Assembly: GCA_001949185.1 (NCBI GenBank)
Contig: BDGG01000004.1
Location: 2,505,620-2,569,619, forward strand
Length of the DNA: 64,000 nt
Source of the DNA: Ramazzottius varieornatus
Lineage: Eukaryota; Animalia; Tardigrada
Reading direction: 5' to 3'
The position numbers and the translations under genes were made by a program. The notes below the pieces were generated by a model. It had not been told where the DNA came from. It did not search any database and worked only from the letters and a program-made list of their open reading frames with translations. Below, one piece after another: positions 37,801 through 50,654 of the stretch; positions within the stretch are counted from its first letter, which is position 1; every line of letters starts with the position of its first letter.

Positions 37801-39320
37801 TGGAAAGAACGTGTCCATCGAACTTGTACAAGCTGGCCATGCTTCCGTCCATGACTACTCGGCAGAGAAGTCCCCGTACTATTCCGCACTGAAGGCCGCC
37901 GAAAAGAACGCAAAGGACGCTAAACTGAACGTACGTACATCTAGTACCCATATTACAGGACGATACGGAACCTAGGCAAACGAACTCGACAAGATGGTCG
38001 TCCCAAGTAGCGCATGCTTCAAGCTAATTGCGCCAGAAAGGTGCGCCACGGGGGGGGGGGCACAATATTGACGAGTTTTTCTGCTGAGCTCCCGTATTTG
38101 ATGACCACCCGATGGTGCTTCTTGCCGTTGGGGTCGTTGCGCGTGATTGTGCTGACAATGGACTATTGCAGATCTGGAAGAACTACGATGAGCAAGCTGA
38201 TTCTCAGTCGACAATGCCACAACAGGAGGAGACTACAGGTGAACGAAGAGAGAACTTGGAGAAGGTGATGGTAGTCGAGACTCTTCCTGGATTGAAGTTC
38301 TTCGCACAGAACGTGAACGATGGTAAGCGATCAGGATGCTTTCTAGTATGAAGTCTGACCATTGTTGCTGTCGTAGGTCAAAAGCTTGAGACTCTTATGG
38401 AAGATCTCCGTCAAGCTCTTCGCAACGATCCACCGGTTGTGGGCTCGTACACTCCCAAGAAGAACGACTTGTGCGCTGCTAGGTTCAGTGCCGATGGACA
38501 GTGGTATCGCGCTAAAGTGGAATCCTTGCAGCGGAACAACAAAGCTTCCGTCCTTTACATTGACTACGGCAACGTAAGTACAGTAATTCATCAGGAAACA
38601 TGCTCTTTGACACTAGCTGGAAACTCCATGTCTTGTGGTATTTCACAGCGGGAAATGACCGATACGACAAATCTAGCCGCACTTCCGGATAACTTCAAGC
38701 GTGTGGAGCCAATGGCTAAGATGTATGCGCTGGCCTTTGTACGCGAACATAACCCGGAGGTACTGTTTGAACTTTAGAATTCGCTAGAAATTCTGTGGGG
38801 GGATGTTAGCTGATTACGCAGTAACGTCAAGTTTTATTTTTTTTCAAAGGAGTCTTACGTCGATGATGTCTTCAAGCAGATGGTGCCACCTCATCCATTG
38901 AACTTGAATGTGGAGTACGAATTTGATCACGTCCGTTATGTAACCCTGACAGACCCCGAAACGAAAGATGACATTGGAAAGACGCTCGTCTCGGAAGGAC
39001 ATGTGCTGGCCGCACCTCGCGGAGGAAGATCACGCAAGATCGTAAGACAGCAGACCGTTCTAAATTCACTTTGAGTTAGAGGATGTTTTAGTGGGTAAGC
39101 ACTGCCGTTATCTCCAGGCCGACGAATATTTGGACGCTCAGAATGAAGCGAAGAAATATCGCGTAAGTAGCGTGATAGTTTCTCCGTTATACTGTAATGT
39201 GATTTTCGACTGGGTTTTACCTGTTGATTGATGAGGCTTGCTCGCTTATAGAGAAACATCTGGCAATACGGAGATGTGACCGAGGATGACGCAAAGGAAT
39301 TTGGACATCAACGCCGCTAG
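34854..39320 (+). CDS. SND1: Tudor staphylococcal nuclease (SND1/TSN-1)
   Basis: SN1: [47 protein letters not shown]3: [19 protein letters not shown]. Tudor: [27 protein letters not shown]. Ends [17 protein letters not shown] with TAG at 39318-39320. Confidence 0.96.
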
Positions 39321-39805
39321 GAAGATGCCGAAGAACCAAGTAAACAATTGGGCTTTTGATGCAGAGAGAACACGTGACACTTCTGGAGTCAGAACGGGTG
39401 ATTGAAAGAAAATCCATTTTTTAATTTTTTCATGCCTCTTTTTCATGATTATTTCTACACAAAAGCTTTTCGGTCGTGGCTTCTTCGCTTTTAACTATAC
39501 AGTAGTTCATGATATGCTGGAGTCCATGTCGGTTATCGAATGCAAGTTTCTGCCTTACTGGTAAAGGTAAATTATTCGGAGGAAGCAACGCAGTGTTCTG
39601 AATTCGGAGCGGTGAACAGAGTAAGCAGTGAGGAGACTAGAAGCTTTTATGGAGAGCCCCATTGTACGAAGGTTATCTCAGGTGTTGTGCTGTATGAAGT
39701 CATGGATGCTGTGTTCATAGTGAATCGGCTTTGGTGAATCAATGAGGTAATGTCTGGTGCGTTTTCCATCCGGCATCCAAATGAGCGTATGTTTACTAAC
39801 TTAAC

Positions 39806-39911
39806 ACAATGAAGAAAGTTCTTGCCTTTCTCGTGGTCACGTGGTGCAGTGTGTCATTGATTGGTATATTACACCACGTGACCACGAGAAGACGTGAACT
39901 TTCTTCGTTGT
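39806..39911 (+). repeat. About 106-nt inverted repeat/hairpin (small MITE or hairpin RNA)
   Basis: acaatgaagaaagttc..ttctcgtggtcacgtggtg pairs with caccacgtgaccacgagaa..gaactttcttcgttgt, including a 19-bp perfect core. Confidence 0.8.
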
Positions 39912-41533
39912 AGTCGCGAAATGCCGTTCCGGAATACACAATGTGTCTTTTGGCTGGCTTAAATTATGTTTTCTTTTCTGGTCATTCAAAACAGAAATAG
40001 CATACGCATTGTTGATAGATAAGTGCGGTGGGAGGATATAGCAAATCGATTCGATTTTTACGACAGAGGTTTACGTTCCGAGGGAGAGTTTTTCTTCGAA
40101 TGCCAAGTCACAGTTTGTACTGAAATGTGGATATCTTGGAGGTCCCCGCCTGAAAAGTTACCTTGTTCGGATTTTCGGCGCCTTTTTGCATATATCCGCC
40201 TTCACCGGCATATCTAGTACGCATTTACTTCCTTTTGTAACTGCCGCTTCAATACTCACAGTAATGGACTTTCCTATCCGGCTTTCTTCAGCGAGGCCTG
40301 CATGAGCGACTGAGGAATGACAATCAACACCCGAGCGTGTGGCGGAGATTTAATTTTCAGCCCCTATCAATTAAAGAAAAGTGTCCACTCTTGACTGACA
40401 GCTCTGGATGACAGGGATGAACTTGTCTCACTGTCGAGTGTACGTGCATGGAATATCGAGCAGAATGTGTAAAAGAAGAGGTCCAGTAATCTTCGCTGTG
40501 AACTAATTCCTCAAACTTAAATCCCAATAATTTACGCATCCAACTTCTGTATGAGTACATGTGTTCGCAGTTGGAAAACCCTCGAAATTTGAGCTGTGTT
40601 CTTCGCAGAGCGGCTTCCCTTGGTATGAATTTTCTAAAATGGCGACAGTATATCGGTACTAGCCTTTGCGGTATTTTTAATTATTCAAAATGTGTTTCAG
40701 GCAAGGCAAAGCACACAAAGGGCCATTACCGTCCCACATGCCGCCCAAAAGGTGTATTGTATACTTTCTAAGTGCGTTTTTCAGTACTCCATCGCCACTC
40801 ATTCAGACATTGCGGTACGTACTCAACGCCGACGCCGCCTCCACTTTAGAACTTTCATTCCGGCGTGTTTGTTCTAATTCAGTTAGCACTAATTTGCTCC
40901 GGTGTATCTACCGGGAAGATGCGTCGTGCGGTGGAACGACCCACATTTTCAATCTTCGAAGAGTTCAATGGATTTTAAGTTTATCAACGACAATGCTATC
41001 TCGCATTTTACAGTATTAGCGCCAAATTTAGTTTCCTTCCTTTGGTCGATCTTCTGACAATATTAATTTCCGTGCTGTACAGAAAATCGGGCGTATATGC
41101 AGGTGGGAGCAGGAAAACGATGATAATGCTGGTGGTGAGTCAGCTAGGCCGACACACGTCTATCTGTGGGCTCGAAAGAACAACGCCCAGATGCACCCAT
41201 AAATTTCAACGTCCTGCCAATGAATGGAACTCAATGGGCGCATGCCATATCTAACCACTACGGTCCTTCCCTGGTCTCTTTCAGGAATATCTCAGGACAG
41301 CTAGGCAAAGCGAATATGATATTTCTGACCAATGAGTTGACCATGAAGCGCCACGCCAGTCACGCGCAAACTAATTCAAAGCACCGCCCAACATCGGGGG
41401 CCATACTGATATTGTCCTCACACCAAGCCATTCAGTTTGGCCGTCATTTAGTTGTGAAAGTCAGTCTGGTCGTGCGTTCGTTTTCTGTTCGTCAGCTCAA
41501 CTCGTCCACGCGTCGTCCATACTTCTAGATTTT

Positions 41534-42226
41534 ATGGTTATTTTTACTTCGTTTCCTCCCTGTGTTTTGAATATGGATTCATCGATGCAACGGTTTGGCG
41601 CACTTCCGTCCATCAATGGATCTTACTTCATGCCATCCGATGCATTTCTTCCCAACCTGCCCATGCTCGGAAATACCAACAACAATACCGCACCTTCGAA
41701 GCTGGTCTCAACCAAGGTCTCTCGCGGGAAGAAGCGGGTCGATGCTCGTCGACACAGCTACGGATATGGTCCCGTGTCAGCTCGGGAAACCAACCAGCTC
41801 CCCGCTCAAGTGGCGCGCCGCAATGAGCGCGAACGGAATCGTGTCAAGCAGGTCAACTTGGGCTTCGCCACCCTCCGTGAACATGTCCGCCTTCCCAACG
41901 GCTCTAAGAATAAAAAGATGAGCAAAGTCGAGACGTTGAAAGGTGCCTTGGACTATATCCGTCGACTGCAGAATATGCTACGCGAGATGGACCCTCAGAG
42001 TCAGACCGCCGACCATGCGCAAGCACAAGAACCCGCACCTTCGTCAGCCAGCACATCGGAAAGGTCTCCGGACGATGCCGCCTTCTCCTCCCAGCTTACC
42101 TCCCACCAGCATCCCTTCGTCTCTATGGACATGCTGGACAGCCTTTTCGACTCGGACAGTGACTCTCCAGACTCCAGCATGAACTGCGATTTTCTAAAGA
42201 CGGAGGATGACTATCCTTGGATTTGA
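41534..42226 (+). CDS. ASCL1: Achaete-scute bHLH, proneural ASCa type (ASCL1/2, ac/sc-like), intronless
   Basis: [48 protein letters not shown], with an acidic C-terminus ending DDYPWI. An alternative start lies at 41573. Confidence 0.93.
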   Translation: MVIFTSFPPCVLNMDSSMQRFGALPSINGSYFMPSDAFLPNLPMLGNTNNNTAPSKLVSTKVSRGKKRVDARRHSYGYGPVSARETNQLPAQVARRNERERNRVKQVNLGFATLREHVRLPNGSKNKKMSKVETLKGALDYIRRLQNMLREMDPQSQTADHAQAQEPAPSSASTSERSPDDAAFSSQLTSHQHPFVSMDMLDSLFDSDSDSPDSSMNCDFLKTEDDYPWI

Positions 42227-45143
42227 TAACTCTTTTTTCTGATGTTTCGCTCGAGAGTGCCTTCGCAGCCCGATCTAACTTTTCCTTCCATGAATCTCTG
42301 ATATCAAATTGCAATTATTTTTTCTACGTTTAGACAGTACATATTAGGTTTCCGCTACTTGGACCTTCCGTATAATACATAGGAAAATCTCAGCCTACCG
42401 CGCCTTATGGTAATGCTCTTGGTAGCCTATGGTTTGATGTGCTTAGTTGGGACATTACTTTGAATAAATTTGCGTATCGGCTAATTAAACATGAACCTTA
42501 ATTGTGTCGCCGCTTACTGAAGCGTGCAGCAAGATGGAGACCGCGCGTCTGTAAAGTAGGGGAGGTTAGGAGCGAGGCTTGCCTTTGTGTAGTCGCGTGT
42601 GGATACCCGATCGTATCAGCGAGATGGCTTTGAAGTACACACCTCGTCGTCTCCTCCAATTACCCACCATACAAATCAACGGCATAGGGAAGACCGGTCG
42701 CTCCTTTTCCGACGGAGAAGCACTTAGGATGTCAATGTGTGGAACGATAGGTCTTGTCCATGTCCCAAGTGCCAGGATCGGTGTCCTTTTGAGCAAGAGT
42801 ATGCGTTACTCCTAAATCCACCATATTTTCTTATTTCACAGTGCCTTTTCCTGAATTTTTTATGAGGTTTTCTCCCGTAAATTCAGGCGACGGGACAAAC
42901 TTATGCTGACATGACATATAGGACGTGGGCAGATGATATGAACTAGATAGTGCTCTCAACTGGCGCACACTTTCAGCAAACAGCAATAGAAACGTGCGTC
43001 ACTTGGATAACAATCTGGTAAATTCATTTACCAACGTCTCATATACAGCACAGTCGTATGGATCAATCATCGAGTAATGTTCTGCCAGAATCCAGAGAGA
43101 GTCCTTTCTTCACACCTCGCCTTTTGTTGCGGACAATGAGTTTTCTTCGCTTGCGCTTGTAGGGAAGCTCAAAGAAAAGGAGCGGGTAGTCTAACTTCAC
43201 TATAGAGAAAATACGCCCAGTGACCAACTTTAATTCTTCGAGTTCGGAGCTGACCTGTAGACCGTCGTCTAGCTCTATTCCAGAAGGATTTCCTTAACGA
43301 CAATACCTATCCTCCTTTGGAGCATTCATCTTTCTCTTTCGGTATTTTCTTTGTCCTCAGGTAGAAAGAAACACGTGTGTAAACGAGCACTCCCATAGAT
43401 TCTCGTGTCTGAGGCTGGATATGCGTGCTTACCTCGTTATAATGCCACCGTTACGGGAGCAACCCACCACTCCTTCCTTCCTTTCTTACACAACTATTCG
43501 GTATAGTATGTCAGACTTTATTGTGAACATATGGCTGTAACTTATCCCTCTTACGTGTAATTCTTCTTTACCTTCGCTACGGCTGTGTAATCATACGGTT
43601 GTGGTCTTCTCGTGTCCGACGCCTTTTATACCCGAATACACATGTTTCTTACGTCATCATCATCCGTCCAGATGATCTTACCTCTATTAATGAACCATTT
43701 TGTTCAGTCCATACAGTGCAATTACGGACGGCTAAAAAATTCTGCCAATGGTATTCCAATAGATGTCTGACCTTTAAATCAAAGTCTAAGATAATCACAA
43801 GTGATACCGTTTATGGTCTCGGTTAATCAGTAGTAGTATTTTATAAATGAATTTTGTTGGGTGTGGCACAAGCAAAAATTATTTATGGTTATGCAACGTA
43901 CCGAGGGACCGAAAGGTCAAGGCAGTGGAATATGCGGGTCTTTGTTATCATTCCACGCGCACAAAAAGAGCGATCACTTTAGCATTAATCGAATTCGAAA
44001 ATGACCAGTGTTTCAAGAGAAAAGGTCTATTTCGAATATTGTTGGATAAACTCGCGTACCCATCGGAAGTCATGCGGTTCTAAACTGTTTGCTCTTTGGG
44101 TGGTGGCGATATTTGTGGAGAACACGCTTTGATATATGGTTACTACATGCAAACATGTATGGTTTGTTACCCTCTGTCGGTGAAATCGTGTATGCTCCTC
44201 ACGCAGAAATCATGTCAAATACGCCGATGATGATGCCGGTATATGACAGTCGAACGACCATCATAAAAATAAAGTACCTCCATACGACGCTTTTTACGGC
44301 TTAATTTGAGTGAAATACTGCTCATCACTTGATCGTTAATCATGAAGCGATGGTCTTGCATTCAATCTGGCAAGTAAAACAATTGCACATCCGCATGCTG
44401 CGCTTCAATGGACACCTTGTCTAGGGCTGATTTGCAGTGATTTCTGAAGAGGAGGAAGGGAAGTCGCTCGGAAGATGAATTGCTTCTTGTCCGACGGTCG
44501 GAAAGCGAATGGACAATACCTGATCATATGTGATGCAGATCGAAGAGACAATATTCAACAAGTAGGAAGCTTTCTTCAGGCTCAGCGGGAGATGCGCTTC
44601 TTTGTTTGGTGGTCGTTACCACTTTGGTCTTATCTGTTGCAGGTAGCGCAAGCATATCGCATGACTGCCACCAACACAAGATCCTATCCATCAAGTGTAT
44701 AACCAATTGCGCACAGTCAGCAGTAGATGCTGATTGATCGATGAAGAGTCATTTGACATTTCCTGCAGGAAATAAAGAGCGGCCCTCATGTAGAGACATT
44801 TCGTCGTCAACCGCCCACATCTTCCATCAAGAACGAAAAATGGATCCGTAAGCGAATGATCTGAACATGGTCGTTATCCCATGTTGCGCACGTTTTCGTT
44901 GTTGATGGCTGAAAGTTTGCGCCATTTGAGAGAACAATCTTTTTCATGACCTAGTCATTTACCGACGTCCCAAATGGTTGTCCGTCGATTCTCTACACCA
45001 CGTCAAGTTTTCCAAAGGATCGTGACGGCTGTTCACTTCGGTTTTGTCTCTCTGCACTGGCGATTGAATGGAGCGGCAGTATGCTCGGTTACCTGTTACC
45101 AAAGGTTGATTACAATGGTCAATGGCACCTTGTGGAATCTGTA

Positions 45144-45429
45144 GAAGGCTCGGCGAAGCTAAAATAAGCCGTTTTAGCCGTTCTTAACCGTGGCTGAAAG
45201 TATTTCATCCGCGGCTAAAGCAGCTAAAATACGTTTAGCCACGGCTAGAATGTATTGTGCGTTCGACTGATTTATTGATGCCAAAACTATTTTAGCCGAC
45301 TCAACATCAATAAATCATTCAAACACACAATACATTTTAGCCGTGGCTAGAAGTATCTGAGCGGCTAAAACATTTTTAGCCACGGCTAAGAACGGCTAAA
45401 ACGGCTTATTTTAGCTTCGCCGAGCCTTC
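45144..45429. mobile_element. 286-bp foldback MITE with internal subterminal repeats, TA-flanked
   Basis: 52-bp terminal inverted repeats, 51/52 matched (gaaggctcggcgaagctaaaataagccgttttagccgttctta.ccgtggct). A second internal inverted pair of about 45 bp and a repeated tagcc(g/a)(t/c)ggcta unit are present. TA lies at 45142-43 and 45430-31. Confidence 0.9.
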
Positions 45430-46115
45430 TATAGTGGAAACTGCTTGCATTGTTTTTGCTAATGATAGTCTGGTATTACAGCCACTCATAAAGATGAATG
45501 AGGCGTAATGAATCTGACAAAGAAAACCTCCTCGGAAAATTAGGGAAAATTCACAGCAGTCATTGCCCTTATTTCTCCGGCGTCGCCTCTCCATTGGCAC
45601 ACTGTACAGGTATTATATTCCTCGACGGATGAAAAGAACACGTTCCTAATTAAGTGGCTCTCTGCCGGTTGTAAGTTGCCTTTCGTGGAGAAAAAGTCAG
45701 TGTCACGTGGACTGAGCGACTTTGCGAACATCTGCCCTCTCTTCCATGTACTTAACGCTCCAAGAATTTGATCTTGACTGTTGATAAAGTAATATTAAAG
45801 TACACAGAAATGCTGCAGGTGCTTGTAATGCCTGCATGCTTGGCCTGATGCAAACCCTCATCAGTTTTAACCAGAAAGGAAGTAACGACCAACGGACAAG
45901 AGCAATTCAATGGAAATTGTTAACTTCCTTTCATCACAGATAATTCCTCGCTCTATTAAAACTCACTGCACAACCTTGTAGCTTCTTGATGTCCACGTAC
46001 AACGAAAAATTATGAGACAAGCGGAAAGGACGCCAAAATCAAGATTCAAACGTAGAAAAGTGTCCGAAGTGTATCGGAATGAATTAGCCAAGTATGTACT
46101 TGCTTCCTTACCGCC

Positions 46116-46165
46116 ATTTACTGTCCCAAAATTTACTGTCCCAAAATCTCGTCGTACGCGTACGA
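46116..46165. repeat. 15-bp perfect tandem duplication followed by a 14-bp perfect palindrome
   Basis: atttactgtcccaaa twice (46116-46145); tcgtacgcgtacga (46152-46165). Confidence 0.85.
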
Positions 46166-48005
46166 TAAGCGAAAATTCGCGGCGGATTTTGGATAAAAAT
46201 TCATCTGCAGCCTGACCGTTTTCTGTCCAAACTGGAGAAGTTTTCGCGATATCACCGTTGACGACCTTCCACCCCGTCTAACTTACCTTTAGGCTTCTGA
46301 CTGGACAGAGAAGCAGTTTGAATATTTTAGTCTCCCCTGTAATACTACAGTTGTGGAATTATGTTATGCCAAAACTTCTCTGTGCTTTCGCCGACGAATC
46401 ATGGAAAGTTTCGAAGTGGGTGTCACAGGAAATATTCACTTTAAATGTAGTGATTATAACGGACCTTAGAATTAGACTGAATTAAGGTGCGGGCGGGACT
46501 GGGCGCGTTAACGGAAGCCAGAGGAGAAGCCACAGAGCGGAATCGAGGTAGGAAGCGCAGCTAGGCGGACAAACTCTTGAATGAATTTCCTGCTCCAGCT
46601 ACTGAATAGTCAACAATTAAGGAGCAATTATCGACCCATCAGTGTCTCATTAAGGGCGAATACTCAAAGACTCTGCTCATCGTTAAGACTTATCTGATCT
46701 CTTAACTTCAAGAGCCGCGCGGAGCTTCTGTACTTATCTTCCTCGATGATAATCCATCTAAGGTGAAGGACTTGCGTCTAGATCGAGAAATAGCGGTAAA
46801 GAATGCAGGTAAAGCTTTTCCGTCAGTGCAGAAAACTGGGAAACTCCTCAACCACTCGTTAGTTGTCTCACAGACAGCGCATCTTGCCAGCCTTTTTTCC
46901 TGGTCCACTCGACGTTTTGTTTGAGTCTAGAAAGATGGCAGGAGGCTTAGTTTGGAAGTCGTTTGCGGCTTCTGGTGATTGACCGATTTTGAGGAGTGTT
47001 TAGTCCGTGCTACCGACCAAGCTAATCCGCCCATTTTGTCCAAAATACCATCCGACAAAATCTACCACCTTGGTATACTCTAGCCTACATCGCTTTCAGT
47101 ACTGCTTCCGAAACGTATGCATCAGACAGTTTCCTTGTTGATGAAGATTGCTATTGTCGTGATGACCTTTTGCGTGAGTATACAAGGTCGCATGGGTTAC
47201 CTCTCATAGCGCGGTCGGGGGTCTCTTATTAAAATTTCATCATGTTGCCGATTATTACGCATATTATGAAGGCAGCTGGACTAGATGTTTTATGACCACA
47301 AGATCGATACACCTACCTGTCACATTTGAAAATGATACACGTCGTTAATTCAAAAATATTAGTGGTCGGTTTTGCTGGATTTGATGGCATAATTAGACAG
47401 CTGTGCGCGTGCCAAACGCATGCCGCCATTCGTCGGTATACACACCGTACATGTAACCATTTTCATGCACGCATCGATCAAACTGATCAAGAATTCAGCC
47501 ATGATCCAAAACCTGAAAACTAAAATAAAGACAAAAGGTATATACATGACAAGAGATACTTCAGTGGTGCCATCGTGTTTGCACGATTGACACATTGACA
47601 GTGTAAAACAGACTGTAAATTTTGTCATGTCACTCCAGATGATGGATGATCATGATGGATAGACCAACTTAGTGTTCAAACTCCACTTTATACCGACCAC
47701 AATTGCATACTGTATATGGCTCGATTCTCATAATTTCAGAAATCAGATTCTGTGCAAGTGGCGCCACTGGTATAAGCACATCGACTATCAAAGCCTTTAG
47801 ATAGACGGACATGATGAGAAGTTAATGTTCGATTTACGTGCCGAACAGCAACAAGTATCGTTTGCGGCTGTGAAATTGGTGAGTTCACAGGTTTTGATAC
47901 AAATCACTGGATGGAGAAAAAACTGCCGTCAGCTGTCCGGTACGACATCGATTGTTCATTCTCCTAAAAGAGAATCAGTTATTAGCTAAAGTTTGGTTGT
48001 TACTA

Positions 48006-48652
48006 CTAACTGAACTCCTGTTGGCATACCGAGAGGTCGACTTCAAGCTCTCGTCTAAGATTTCTGGTCATTGAACAGTCCGACGCCGTGGGAAAGGGCG
48101 GACGAAAGTAAGGATTCATCGGACCTCGCTCTTGGCTATACCCAGGCGTGCAAGCAACCGAATTGGAAAGATCGTTCATGAGGTTGGAATGAGGAACCGC
48201 TTGCATGGGTCGCTGACCGGGTTCTTGGTATGTCAGAGCACTTTGTGCCGGCCGTGCTAATATGTCTTGCAGGTGCGCAATGTAGTCGATTGCCAAGCGC
48301 AAGGTCTTCACTTTCGAGACGCGTTTCCCTCTACTAGGCAGAGGAACATGCTTCCGCAAGCGGGCGAAAGCTTGGTTCACCGCCTGGACCCGCCGACTGT
48401 AGCCTCATAAGGAAAAGCCACAGGTCAGTATACTCCAAAGAATACATCTTGGGACAATTTAGATCTGCAAAGACAGATGGAAGCGTACCGTTCCCTGGCG
48501 TTTCGACGAGCCACGGTTTGCGGAGGCTTCTCGCGGCTACTTAAGCGCTGTTTCCCGCCGGCACCACGACTGATCAAAAGACGAAAGCAGCGGCTTCTCC
48601 ACAAGTACCGAGGATCCGACGAGGCTGGACTAGGATAAGGAACTTTCACCAT
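48006..48652 (-). CDS. Achaete-scute bHLH, ASCc/HLH-4-like type; two exons, intron 48397-48488 inside the basic region
   Basis: Spliced: EKPPQTVARRNARER|RRVQAVNQAFARLRKHVPLPSRGKRVSKVKTLRLAIDYIAHLQ. RNARER and KRVSK are shared with C. elegans HLH-4-type proteins. Confidence 0.88.
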
Positions 48653-49350
48653 GATAAAAATTAACTTGTGACGACTATACAGTAGTCCTCTCCGTAAGGA
48701 TAAAGCCGCATATAGATAATGTATCGGTTACGTAGAAAAGTAACAGGAAGTTTCAGTGCTTACTCAAAATTCCAGACCATGGCCACATTTTGGAATGAAA
48801 GCAGGACACAGGAGCCTAACTACGGACTGGCAAAGTTATTTCATCCGGCGTTCGAAGAGCCAATACTGACGGCTCATTTTGACGATCGTGGAGCGTGTGG
48901 ACTTTGGTGACACGGGCGACGATAACTCGGGATAAACCGGATATGATTTACATCTGAATAACGACATTTACTAAAGAGGAAAAGGCTAGCTGTTCTCGCC
49001 TCTGTCATAGCTCCTTCGTACAACAGTAAAGTTAGGCAATCAATTTGTTGTAACAAGTATCCATTCAATCGATTATCGGGACGTATTCATGAAGTCAAGT
49101 TGTGTCAAACTTATTGTCGAAAAGCTGAACAGCAACGTTTGCGTGATCAACGAAGATTGGTTTCCTGATTACAGGACTTGTCCAAGCAGATGCTCTGCAC
49201 ACGGAAGCTGGGCCAGCTGCACTTCCTGCACCACAGTATCACGAAACCAATGCGATGGTATAACCGACATTCAGTACATGCAGAAAAGGGTACAAACCGC
49301 CCGCAAAAATAATTGGGAAAAGCGGAGCTTTATCCATAAAACTGCCGACT

Positions 49351-49977
49351 TCATCCGGGTCGAGAACAACTGGTTTGAAGTTCGTGTTTGCCGGAAACAC
49401 CCAGTGTGTCTTCTTGGAGGACCAGTTGTAATTGTCGGATGTACTCGATAGCAGACCTGAGGATCTCAACCTTGCTCATTCGCTTCTGCGACAGGGAACT
49501 GGGTAAACGTTGCCGGAGTCGAACATATCCATCGTTGACGGACTTGACGCGCATCCGCTCCCGCTCATTCCGACGTCGTAGGAAAACCGGCTCGTAATAA
49601 AGCAGATGTTCGCCGTGTAGAACCGGAGCAGGAATAATACATTCCGGAGCAAAAGGATCAGGTGCTGATCGGCGAATCGGGGTATCATACGGCTCCACGC
49701 ATTGGATATCCGCCGAGTTTCCTGCTTTACTCCCGGGTACCTTCTTTGTGCGACGTTCACTGATGAGGCCTTCTCTTGCACCGGTTTTGCCATGAGGAAG
49801 TTCTTGTTGAAGTCCGGTGCTGGAGAAGAAATATGAATATGGTTGCTGGAAGCCGAAAGGGGTCAGGACCGTCATATGGTCCTCCGAAGATTTCATTAGG
49901 CTGAAGGACTGATCACAGGCCACGGAGGGATACCATAGCAGGGCTGGAATCGAACGACCGGACACGGAAGAATTCAT
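49351..49977 (-). CDS. ASCL3: Achaete-scute bHLH, ASCb type (ASCL3/4/5, HLH-6-like), intronless CDS
   Basis: YEPVFLRRRNERERMRVKSVNDGYVRLRQRLP..QKRMSKVEILRSAIEYIRQLQ. The EP.F motif and VN.GY are ASCb hallmarks. Start taken at MNSSVSG, just after an AG acceptor. Confidence 0.88.
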   Translation of the reverse strand: MNSSVSGRSIPALLWYPSVACDQSFSLMKSSEDHMTVLTPFGFQQPYSYFFSSTGLQQELPHGKTGAREGLISERRTKKVPGSKAGNSADIQCVEPYDTPIRRSAPDPFAPECIIPAPVLHGEHLLYYEPVFLRRRNERERMRVKSVNDGYVRLRQRLPSSLSQKRMSKVEILRSAIEYIRQLQLVLQEDTLGVSGKHELQTSCSRPG

Positions 49978-50654
49978 TCTCAAGCCTAATACACAGAAAA
50001 ACACGAAGCAAAGTTGATTCTGAATGAGGAGGGTTCGAGGTAACGCCTGTGTGTGATTGTTGAACATGGGAAAAGTTCTAGACTTGAAAATGGAACTAAA
50101 CGTGGGTAAGCGGTTGGTTTGGGTCAGTTTATATATACGGGGGATTAATTTGCTTCCTGAATACATTATCTGTCGGTGTGTAAAACAAAGAAAGGTACAT
50201 TTGAGTATACGAGAGATCAATGAATATTGGATGCAGGAGCGGGTTAATGTTACGTTTTCTTTACGCATGGTGGGCAGACTGAGGGCAGAGCGACAAATTA
50301 CACAGGTGCACAACCTGTTCGGATCATGTCACATTTATCCACTCCCGTTTTGTTCTACTAAGTGGGTAGTTTATTTGTTCTGCGTTGCTCCATTTGTTTC
50401 CCGGTACCTTTCAGTTCTCTACTCCACTCGTCCAAGTGCAGCTAATTTGAAATTCTAGAGCAGATAGTATCAACACAGTTGCATTTATTTGCAATGATCA
50501 ATATTAATTACTCACTGAAGGAAAAAGGATACTGCATAAGGTGTGGCAGGAGTTCGTAGGGTAGTTAGAATGTCATAACGACGAATGGGTCGAACAACTG
50601 ACACAGCGGCAAGGAGGAAGGAACACCGCTGAAGAAAGTTAAATATCTAAAAAC

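Noticed and set aside
38050-38060. G11 run in an SND1 intron
   Set aside because: An isolated homopolymer, too short for a confident G-quadruplex and prone to sequencing error.
45121-45143. AATGGCAC.. resembling the miR-228/263 5' end
   Set aside because: Only the seed matches, no complementary star arm was seen, and it abuts a MITE.
49978-50313. N-terminal extension of the 320-aa ASCb ORF
   Set aside because: Non-ATG start and promoter/intron-like composition (TATA-like run near 50130, acceptor near 49987); likely non-coding.
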